Assembly (NCBI GenBank): GCA_943372215.1
Contig: CALRXU020000022.1
Location: forward strand, 1,975 to 65,974
Direction: 5' to 3'
From: Chitinophaga pinensis
Lineage (GTDB): Bacteria; Bacteroidota; Bacteroidia; UKL13-3
DNA length: 64,000 nt
Shown here: piece after piece, positions 8,412 through 16,170 of the stretch
Layout of the letters: the number at the start of each line of letters is the position of its first letter
Numbering within the stretch: position 1 is the first letter of the stretch
Made by a program: the position numbers and the translations under genes
The notes under the pieces: generated by a model
Database searches by the model: none
Told to the model about the DNA's origin: nothing
The model's input: only the letters and a program-made list of their open reading frames with translations

Positions 8412-10142
8412 TTATAATGAATCCAAAGGCTGGTAAATAAATTTGCCTTTGCGCCATTTTACGATGCCCTCAGGCTTCCACGGCTGGGTTATTAATTTTT
8501 TATGGTAGTCGTATTCAAAGTGTTCTGGAAACTGGTAGGTGCGTTTAACCACTTGTAAATCCAGGCTATCCAATCTAATATGATGGCGGTTGGCCCAGAA
8601 CCAGAGTGTTTTTTCCAGCTCCATAGGATTGGGTATAGTGCCGCTGCATACAGAATTAAAGCTGTATTTGCTCCAAGCCAGGTTCATATTCATGGGCAAA
8701 CAATATCCTTTTTCGTTAAAATAAGGCAACCACGTTTTACGACCATCTTTATTGGTATAAGTAATGGCAAACACCGTTTTAGTGCCCATGTTGCTGTGGT
8801 CTAAAAACACCCCTCGGGCATTTAAGCCAAATAAGGTGCGGAACAGGTTTGACGGTTTCAAACTAAAATCAGTAATGTCTTTTCTGATGTGGTAGTACTT
8901 TTTAAGGCCCTCTACGGTAACTCCGCCATTTATTCTGGAAACCAGGTGGTAGGTGCTGTAAAAGGCTTGCACGCAAAACAGGGTGATACAAAAGATAAAT
9001 AATGCTTGTTTTTTTACTCCTTGCGAAAACAATGAAACCGGGTGTTGATGGGTTGCTTGTACCTGCATAAATTGATCAACAACTAATGTTGTCAAAAGCC
9101 TTGCGGGTTCCAGCTTCAACAAAAAGGCTAAAAACTTACCTGTTAAAGATGATTGGTTTAAGGCAAACTGTGCCGCCTCCCAATTGTTGCTAAACGGCTT
9201 GTTATTAACCACGATGTTGTTATTTGTGGTTTCAATCACTTCAACGTGAGCTAACAAGCCATTGAGTAGCCTTGAAAAAATAACATGACGTTTATTTTGG
9301 GCTTGTATGGTTATATGTAGCGGTGTTGATTTAAAATGCTGCCAAAATCCATCAGAAACAAATAAGAGGTAAAATGGAATTGGACCGAAACACAATAAAG
9401 GGAAAGGGAAAATGCTGGCTATTACCAAATGAAAAAACACCCCAATAGCCATGAAGTAATTGCGCCATTTTAAACTAAACAATGCAAAAATGAACAAAAA
9501 CTCCCAAACAATGGTGATGTAATTGGCGGCAATCATTGGCCTCTTTAAGTTCAGGTAAAAGTCAATACCGTGCCACTTGTTGTAAGGCATTACAGCCGGA
9601 ATCCATAAGCCAAGCCCTTTGTTCCACATCGGGGAATACAGTTTGGTAAGGCTACTGGCCCAGTACATAAGCCCCAATGAAATAAAAACGGCAGCTAAAT
9701 AGTACACTTTAGAGGTTAATGCAGGTGGACGTACTCCGTATTTTATAGAATAGGTGATGGCATCAATACTCCATATTTTATGTACGGGCATTATAATGAG
9801 TATAAAACTCCCAATTCGCAATAAATCATCGTTAAAAGAGCCACTGCCACTGTTGCTGAATGAAAAGGTAGCAATAACCACCAACAAGTAATTGATTATG
9901 GCTGAAATGCGGGTTTGCCAGCCAACCAGCAGCCCTAATGATGCGATTGCCCAAATGGACAAAAATAGCTTGGCAGGGAAGGGGTTAGGGGCTAACGTGG
10001 GAATGGTATTAAAAATGAGTGGTCGGTAATAAGCAATATGGGCAATAAAAAAGAGTAAAAACAACGCAAACGTAATGCGGAACAACGCAAAGCTTTTGTT
10101 GCTTGCGGTGCCGTCAAATAGTTGAAAAAGCCGTTTAATCAT
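8412..10142 (-). CDS. Polytopic membrane protein with an HTTM-like (vitamin-K-dependent gamma-carboxylase-like) N-terminal region
   Basis: 576-aa ORF. The N-terminus SFALFRITFALFLLFFIAH followed by many TM helices resembles the HTTM domain signature. Its start overlaps the upstream gene by 8 nt (ATGATTAA). Confidence 0.55.
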   Translation of the reverse strand: MIKRLFQLFDGTASNKSFALFRITFALFLLFFIAHIAYYRPLIFNTIPTLAPNPFPAKLFLSIWAIASLGLLVGWQTRISAIINYLLVVIATFSFSNSGSGSFNDDLLRIGSFILIIMPVHKIWSIDAITYSIKYGVRPPALTSKVYYLAAVFISLGLMYWASSLTKLYSPMWNKGLGLWIPAVMPYNKWHGIDFYLNLKRPMIAANYITIVWEFLFIFALFSLKWRNYFMAIGVFFHLVIASIFPFPLLCFGPIPFYLLFVSDGFWQHFKSTPLHITIQAQNKRHVIFSRLLNGLLAHVEVIETTNNNIVVNNKPFSNNWEAAQFALNQSSLTGKFLAFLLKLEPARLLTTLVVDQFMQVQATHQHPVSLFSQGVKKQALFIFCITLFCVQAFYSTYHLVSRINGGVTVEGLKKYYHIRKDITDFSLKPSNLFRTLFGLNARGVFLDHSNMGTKTVFAITYTNKDGRKTWLPYFNEKGYCLPMNMNLAWSKYSFNSVCSGTIPNPMELEKTLWFWANRHHIRLDSLDLQVVKRTYQFPEHFEYDYHKKLITQPWKPEGIVKWRKGKFIYQPLDSL

Positions 10143-10578
10143 GGGTTTGCGGAGTGCTTTTATTTAACGAAAAAGCAGCCCATAAAAATAAGGTTATGAT
10201 TGGGGAATGCAAATACCGGTTAATTTTAGACACAAAAACTGCATCTACACTTGGGTTATTGATAAAAATGGCCAAATAAAGCAAACCTGCAAGGCCAACA
10301 TGTAGCCACAGGGTAAACCTACTTAATCCTTTTTGACGAAAAGCCGCCTGAATAACCAAGGTGGGAAGCACAATAAAACTGGCGGTATACAGCAATGCCA
10401 AAAACCAAAAAGTGGGATGAGCGTATAATGTTGCCAAACGGGAGGTACTTAACTGATCTGGTGATAAAAAGAAGGCAACAGGTGTGTTTCTATAATCTGG
10501 GGTAAAGTTATCCTTAAAAAAGCTGATGATAAAAAGCAGCACAAGCCACCATAGGGCAAGCCAATTAAATTTTTTCAT
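10135..10578 (-). CDS. Exosortase F system-associated membrane protein (putative)
   Basis: 147-aa, 4-TM protein immediately downstream of xrtF, overlapping it by 14 nt. Size and position match the known XrtF partner family. Confidence 0.6.
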   Translation of the reverse strand: MKKFNWLALWWLVLLFIISFFKDNFTPDYRNTPVAFFLSPDQLSTSRLATLYAHPTFWFLALLYTASFIVLPTLVIQAAFRQKGLSRFTLWLHVGLAGLLYLAIFINNPSVDAVFVSKINRYLHSPIITLFLWAAFSLNKSTPQTHD

Positions 10579-11104
10579 GGTTGGGTTTAACTTGTTGTTG
10601 ATTTACCCACCACATCCACAGTAAAAATATCACCCCATAAACCATAAAAATAAATACATACCGGTGAAAAAAATCAAAGTAAGGCGATTTATGAATTTCC
10701 ATTAAGGTTAAACAGGTATTTCTGAAAATGTTTAATGCATGAATAATGAACAACCCCAATGGAATAAACCAAGCTTTTGTTCGCGCTTTTCCCGGAAAAA
10801 AAAGAATAAAAATGCAAAACAATACCAAAAGTTCTAAACCATTGCAGGATGCGCCTACCCTGATTAACGGAAAAGTGCTTTGCTCGATAAACACAAAGGT
10901 TTCGCCTGTTTTATGAGCAATATTGTAATGGGGGTGATACCCAAATGCATCTAAAAAAGTGCAAATAAAGTAGGTAATGTTTTCTGTGATAACATGGTCA
11001 AGCAAGCCTGATGGCTTGAGCAAGAATTCGTAAATGAGAAGCCAAGTGATATAGGTAATACCCGTTAAGGCTAAAAATCGCAATAATTGTTTATTTATTG
11101 CCAT
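10565..11104 (-). CDS. xrtF: Exosortase family protein XrtF
   Basis: 179-aa polytopic protein with RVGASCNGLELLVLF (exosortase-type Cys motif). The short length is typical of Bacteroidota XrtF. Confidence 0.75.
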   Translation of the reverse strand: MAINKQLLRFLALTGITYITWLLIYEFLLKPSGLLDHVITENITYFICTFLDAFGYHPHYNIAHKTGETFVFIEQSTFPLIRVGASCNGLELLVLFCIFILFFPGKARTKAWFIPLGLFIIHALNIFRNTCLTLMEIHKSPYFDFFHRYVFIFMVYGVIFLLWMWWVNQQQVKPNHEKI

Positions 11105-11125
11105 GGCCTTTGTGTTTTAGTAAAC

Positions 11126-11326
11126 CTACTTTTTTCTGTTGTAAAGTTTTTTAACGCCAATGCCTAAACCCGTTAAGGTAAGCAATGCTATGGCACCATC
11201 AATGGGTACGTCACTGGTTTCCTCAAAAATATCGCCTGAGTTAGGTGTTATTGATTGAGAGAATGCCGCCTCGGATAAAAGCAACAAAAAGCTAATGATT
11301 ATAAGTGTTTTTATTTTCTGCACCAA
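11126..11326 (-). CDS. 66-aa secreted peptide with a PEP-CTERM-class sorting signal (motif P-I-D-G); candidate XrtF substrate
   Basis: MVQKIKTLIIISFLLLLSEAAFS (signal peptide) / QSITPNSGDIFEETSDV (17 residues, 5 of them D/E) / PIDG + AIALLTLTGLGIGV (TM) + KKLYNRKK (basic tail). The stop lies 21 nt upstream of the xrtF ATG. The start codon is TTG or GTG (no ATG), which lowers confidence. Confidence 0.55.
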   Translation of the reverse strand: MVQKIKTLIIISFLLLLSEAAFSQSITPNSGDIFEETSDVPIDGAIALLTLTGLGIGVKKLYNRKK

Positions 11327-11416
11327 AATTCTATTTTATACGTCAAAACTTTTGCAATATAGCCTTTTTTAAGCAAAAATAAATATTTTTTACCAAATGC
11401 ATGTTAATAAAGTGAG

Positions 11417-12358
11417 TTACTCCTTTTGCTCAATAACAGGCTGCCATCCTCTAAGTAAATCAGCAACTAACATTCTTTTTTTACCTTCCAATTGCACTTC
11501 ATCGGCATAAATCCAGCCATCTGACGTTGCAAATCTCATATACGTTGTTTTTCCCGTAACGGTTTCCAATAATCCAACTTTTTTTTGATGCTGGTCAGGT
11601 TCAAAGTGCGATTTATAAATTTTTAACAGGGTGTTTCCAATGTAAGTAATTGCACCAGGGTAGGGGGCTAATCCCCTAATAAGGTTATGTATTTCAGGGC
11701 CGGTTTTTTCCCAGTTGATGATGCAATCAGGGGTAAATATTTTAGGGGCATGTTTGGTGCTTCCTGACGATTGTTTGATGGGCTGGTAGCTTTTTTCAGC
11801 AATAGCAAGCACTGTTTTTAAGGTTAAATTGGCGCCTATGTGCATCAATTCATCATGCAATGCTCCAGCATTCATCTCATCATGGATAGGCACTTTTTGC
11901 TGGAAAATAATGTCACCGGTATCAATTTCATGCTGAAGGAGGAAGGTGCTTACTCCTGTTTCTTTTTCTCCATTAATAATGGCCCAGTTGATGGGGGCAG
12001 CTCCCCTATAATCTGGTAGTAAAGAGGCGTGCAAGTTAATGGTGCCTAATACAGGCATGTTCCACACCACTTCTGGCAACATCCTAAACGCAATCACCAC
12101 TTGCAAATTGGCCTCAACTTGCCTCAGCTGTTCAATAAATTGGTCGCTTTTGAGGTTGGTTGGTTGAAAAACAGGTATTTGGTGTTTTAAAGCGCATTGT
12201 TTAACAGCAGATGCTTGCAACTGCATACCGCGCCCTCCTGGTTTATCTGGTGCAGTTACCACAGCAACTACATTTATCCCTACATCAATTAGTTTTTCCA
12301 GCGATTCAACCGCAAATTGTGGTGTTCCAAAAAATACAACCCTAAGTTTTTCCATCAT
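11417..12358 (-). CDS. fmt: Methionyl-tRNA formyltransferase
   Basis: 313-aa ORF with VVFFGTPQFAV, the formyltransferase core HASLLPDYRGAAPINWAI, and a C-terminal Fmt domain. Confidence 0.95.
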   Translation of the reverse strand: MMEKLRVVFFGTPQFAVESLEKLIDVGINVVAVVTAPDKPGGRGMQLQASAVKQCALKHQIPVFQPTNLKSDQFIEQLRQVEANLQVVIAFRMLPEVVWNMPVLGTINLHASLLPDYRGAAPINWAIINGEKETGVSTFLLQHEIDTGDIIFQQKVPIHDEMNAGALHDELMHIGANLTLKTVLAIAEKSYQPIKQSSGSTKHAPKIFTPDCIINWEKTGPEIHNLIRGLAPYPGAITYIGNTLLKIYKSHFEPDQHQKKVGLLETVTGKTTYMRFATSDGWIYADEVQLEGKKRMLVADLLRGWQPVIEQKE

Positions 12359-12367
12359 TTGTTCAGT

Positions 12368-13018
12368 TTAGTCTTTCCATAAAAAGGGAAACAATACATA
12401 AGCCATAAAGATGATTAAGGCGTTTAAAGCAAACAATACCAGGGCATCTTTGGTAATTAATGAAGTGTCAAGGCCATCCATGGCTTTTTTGGATGCCTTA
12501 ATGGCCACTAATAATAATGGGATAATAACTGGTAAACTCAATACAGGCATTAATAAATTGCCATTCCCGGATTTGGATGCAATGGATGCCAGCAAGGTAA
12601 ATGTAGATGAAAGCCCGGCAGCTCCAAGTGCAATAATACATAAGTAAAGTCCAGTATGTTCAACTGGAAAACCAAGAAATAAACTATAGGCCAATAGGCA
12701 CAAAAAAGCCAATAAAATGGTTATGCCCGCATTGTAAATAAGTTTGGAGATGATAAGCTGTTGTGCTGAAACAATGCCATAGTAATAAAGTTGTCTGCCA
12801 TTGTTTTCGGCAGTAAAACTTTTAGCTACTGCACTCACTGACGAAAATACCAATATCATCCAGTAAATGGCATTCCATGTTGGGGCGTTCATCATTTGTA
12901 CGCTTAAAAACGCCACCATGGTACTGGATAAGGTATGCAGCAATATGCCGTTTAAAGCATACCGTTGTCGCCATTCTGTCGTCAGGTCCTTTTTAAGTAA
13001 GCTGAGTATCGCATTCAT
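12368..13018 (-). CDS. CcmB-like heme exporter / ABC-2 type permease
   Basis: 216-aa, 6-TM protein. The N-terminus LLKKDLTTEWRQRYALNGILL resembles Bacteroidota CcmB-annotated proteins. Confidence 0.55.
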   Translation of the reverse strand: MNAILSLLKKDLTTEWRQRYALNGILLHTLSSTMVAFLSVQMMNAPTWNAIYWMILVFSSVSAVAKSFTAENNGRQLYYYGIVSAQQLIISKLIYNAGITILLAFLCLLAYSLFLGFPVEHTGLYLCIIALGAAGLSSTFTLLASIASKSGNGNLLMPVLSLPVIIPLLLVAIKASKKAMDGLDTSLITKDALVLFALNALIIFMAYVLFPFLWKD

Positions 13019-14229
13019 TAATCTTGCGGCTTTTGGGTTAAATTGTCAAAATCCGGGTAAAGCATATACTTTTTGCGCAGCTTTTTAAAATTGGTTAATG
13101 CAGGTTCCCAACTTTTTCTGATATCATCTTCTGAAACCCCTTGTTTAATTTGTTCTTGCAACTGGTTATTACCAGCCAACTGGTTAAAAAAGGGTATAAA
13201 AAAAGTTGACTTGGAAGTATCTTGTTGATACAAATCAATCAACCATCCTAAATGAATGCGTGGACTTAACGGGTGCACTTGCTGTGCAAAGCTGGTAAGT
13301 AAATAACCACGGCAGCTTTTATTGGCATGAGGAGGGTTTTCGGCCACTCCCTTAATGCTTTTGGGAGTAAACACATAATCGCCTACAGTATTGGCAGGTT
13401 TCCCTACACATTCAAAAGGCTTATCGGTCCCTCTTCCAAGGCTGTAGTTGGTGCCCTCAAATAAACAAATTGAAGGGTAAAGGGCTATGCTTTCTGGGGT
13501 GGGAAGATTTGGTGATGGCTTAATGGGCAATGTATACTTTAAATTGTGGGTATAGCCTTTCATGGTTATTACCCGTAAATTGCATTGTACCTTGTTTTTA
13601 AGCCAGCCCTGCCCGTTAATCATCTTGGCATATTCGCCAATGGTTAATCCATGTACAATTGGCACCGGGTGCATCCCAATAAATGATTTAAAGGCGGTAT
13701 CCAATACGGGGCCATCAACATAATATCCGTTGGGGTTTGGTCTGTCTAATACAATAAGCTGTTTTTGTTGTTCGGCACAAGCTTCCATCACATAATGCAG
13801 GGTAGATATATACGTGTAAAAGCGGGCTCCAACGTCTTGTATGTCAAAAATAACCACATCTAAACCTTGCATTGCAACAACTGGGGGCTTAACGTTTTTG
13901 CCGTACAAGGAAATTACGGGAAGGCCGGTTTTTGCATCAATGGCCGATTTGATTTTGGCACCTGCGCTGTAATCACCCCTAAAGCCATGTTCTGGCGCAA
14001 ATATGTTTACAATTTTAACCTTTAGCTTTTTGAGGGAATCAACCAAATGGGTGTTATTGATGGTGGATGTTTGGTTCACCACCAGGCCAACCCGCTTGTT
14101 TTTAAGCAAGGGCAAGTAATTATTCAATTGCTGTGCACCTGTAATTATTTGTGCATGAATGGAGTAAGTAGTAATCAGTATTAAACCTATCGTAAGTAAG
14201 CTGATCTTCTTATATTCGAGCCTTATCAT
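13018..14229 (-). CDS. DUF1343 family protein (NamZ-like exo-beta-N-acetylmuramidase)
   Basis: Carries RVGLVVNQTS...FAPEHGFRGD...DVVIFDIQDVGARFYTYISTL, a characteristic DUF1343 pattern. The start was moved to ATG 14229 (MIRLEYKK... signal peptide) rather than the longer track ORF. Confidence 0.8.
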   Translation of the reverse strand: MIRLEYKKISLLTIGLILITTYSIHAQIITGAQQLNNYLPLLKNKRVGLVVNQTSTINNTHLVDSLKKLKVKIVNIFAPEHGFRGDYSAGAKIKSAIDAKTGLPVISLYGKNVKPPVVAMQGLDVVIFDIQDVGARFYTYISTLHYVMEACAEQQKQLIVLDRPNPNGYYVDGPVLDTAFKSFIGMHPVPIVHGLTIGEYAKMINGQGWLKNKVQCNLRVITMKGYTHNLKYTLPIKPSPNLPTPESIALYPSICLFEGTNYSLGRGTDKPFECVGKPANTVGDYVFTPKSIKGVAENPPHANKSCRGYLLTSFAQQVHPLSPRIHLGWLIDLYQQDTSKSTFFIPFFNQLAGNNQLQEQIKQGVSEDDIRKSWEPALTNFKKLRKKYMLYPDFDNLTQKPQD

Positions 14230-14242
14230 TTTATTTTTTGTT

Positions 14243-15469
14243 TTGAAGGTATCCTTTTTTACAGCCAAACGCTTAATGAATAGCAATAACAGTGGTCGCA
14301 GTGGACTCATTGTGAATATTGCCATTGCAGCGGTTGCAATAAGTGTAGCTGTAATGCTTATTGCTGTAGCTGTTGTTAAAGGCTATCAGTTGCAAATAAC
14401 AAACAAAATTACGGGATTCAGCAACCATATTCAAATTACCCGCCTTGATTTTAATAATTCATTTGAAACCAATCCCATTCAAACCGATAGTCAAATGGTG
14501 CGATATGCGCAAACAAACCCTCAAATTGCATTTATCCAACCATATGTGCTAAAAACGGGAATTATTAAAACAACCGATGAGTTTGAAGGTGTAGTATTAA
14601 AAGGAGTAAACAACAATTACCACTGGGATTTTATCGGTAAGCACCTTAAAGAAGGAAGGTTGCCTATGCTTAATGATACGATGGCTTCATTGGATGTGTT
14701 AATTTCAGAAGCATTGTCGCGGAAGCTAAAAATTGGCTTAAACCAGCCACTGGTGGTGTACTTTATTCAAGATGGAAAATCAATGCCAAGGGCCAGGAAG
14801 TTTAAGGTAAGTGGTATTTACAATACTGGTTTTGAAGATTTAGATGCACTATATGCATTGGTTGATTTGAGGCATTTACAAAAACTAAACAATTGGCAAC
14901 CTAACCAATTAACGGGGTATGAAGTGGGGTTAGTTGACTATAAATTGTTAGATGTGGCAACTGAACAATTAATTGAACAAGCTTCCATACAATTGGAGGT
15001 AAAAAAAGTAACAGAGCTTTATCCGCAATTGTTTGATTGGTTGGGACTACTTGATTTAAACGTGTTGGTAATTATTATCCTAATGATTATAGTGGCTTGT
15101 ATGAACATGAGTACCGCCTTACTTATACTCATTGTTGAACGCAGCAATATGATTGGTATTTTAAAAGCACTGGGTTCGACCAACCGTTTTATTCAAGAGG
15201 TGTTTTTAACTATGGCTGCTCGTTTAATTGTAAAAGGATTGTTAATAGGCAATTTTATTGGGCTTACCATTTGTACCACTCAATATTATTTTGGATGGAT
15301 AAAACTAAATCAGGAAACGTACTTTTTAAATGTAGTACCCATTGAATTGAGTATAACAGATGCCTTACTTATTAATGCAGGGGCATTTGCGCTGTGTGTG
15401 CTGGTAATGGTATTGCCCGCAAAGTTTGTAAGCAATATCACCCCAGTAAAGGCAATTAAGTTTCAGTAA
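14243..15469 (+). CDS. FtsX-like ABC transporter permease (LolC/E family)
   Basis: 408-aa ORF with FFTAKRLM...N-terminal TM, a large periplasmic loop and a C-terminal FtsX 3-TM bundle (GILKALGS...). TTG start. Confidence 0.8.
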   Translation: MKVSFFTAKRLMNSNNSGRSGLIVNIAIAAVAISVAVMLIAVAVVKGYQLQITNKITGFSNHIQITRLDFNNSFETNPIQTDSQMVRYAQTNPQIAFIQPYVLKTGIIKTTDEFEGVVLKGVNNNYHWDFIGKHLKEGRLPMLNDTMASLDVLISEALSRKLKIGLNQPLVVYFIQDGKSMPRARKFKVSGIYNTGFEDLDALYALVDLRHLQKLNNWQPNQLTGYEVGLVDYKLLDVATEQLIEQASIQLEVKKVTELYPQLFDWLGLLDLNVLVIIILMIIVACMNMSTALLILIVERSNMIGILKALGSTNRFIQEVFLTMAARLIVKGLLIGNFIGLTICTTQYYFGWIKLNQETYFLNVVPIELSITDALLINAGAFALCVLVMVLPAKFVSNITPVKAIKFQ

Positions 15470-15484
15470 AAGGTAAACGGGTAA

Positions 15485-15943
15485 TTATTTTAACTCTGTT
15501 TTAGCACTAGCTAAGATTACCTTAAACTCATCAACTGTTTTAAATCCAGAAATTAAGGTTGATTTGTTGTTTTTAGCATTCATAAACATGGTGGCCGGAT
15601 ACCCTCTGATTCTGCTATTGCTGATGGCTTGCTCCAATTGTTTGCCATTGTAAGTATTGCCATTATAGGTGTAAGAAGCGTTGGCTACTTCAGGGTTAAA
15701 TTTAATGGCTACGAAGTCAGCATTAATAATCCCAGCAATTTCGCTCTTAGCATACGTTTCTTTATCCATTACTTTACACCAGCCACACCAGTCGGTGTAA
15801 ACATCAACCAGCATAATTTTATTTTTCTTTTGAGCGGTTGCATATCCGGTGTTAAAATCAACCCATTTAATTTCTTCTCCGGCTTTAAATGAATTGGTTA
15901 AGATAAAAGTTGCAAACAATAATACTAAAGGTTGAATTCTCAT
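15485..15943 (-). CDS. Thioredoxin-fold protein (DUF255-like)
   Basis: Signal peptide MRIQPLVLLFATF... plus VDVYTDWCGWCKVMD (CxxC). The start was set to ATG 15943. Confidence 0.75.
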   Translation of the reverse strand: MRIQPLVLLFATFILTNSFKAGEEIKWVDFNTGYATAQKKNKIMLVDVYTDWCGWCKVMDKETYAKSEIAGIINADFVAIKFNPEVANASYTYNGNTYNGKQLEQAISNSRIRGYPATMFMNAKNNKSTLISGFKTVDEFKVILASAKTELK

Positions 15944-16170
15944 AACGGGTATTTTTTTAACGAATATAAATAATAATCTAATCAAACGCCAAATGAAGAA
16001 ATTTGAGCGTATTGTTCCTGATAATTATTAAGTATTTATTTAGAGTTTTTAGTAAAAAAAACACCCGTGAACCCTGTAAATTTGAATTAATTTACTTTTA
16101 TTTTACAATTGGTGTACTAAACATGAGATGTAAACGTATACTTGTTTTATAAATTAATCGCATTAAACTA

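Noticed and set aside
8580-8804. Short internal or antisense track ORFs inside other confident genes. Examples are 8580-8804, 12411-12647, 31563-31841, 33583-33933, 55098-55483, 55905-56294, 57316-57816 and 61195-61623.
   Set aside because: Each is fully nested in, and antisense or out of frame to, a longer ORF with strong family motifs. None has motifs of its own.
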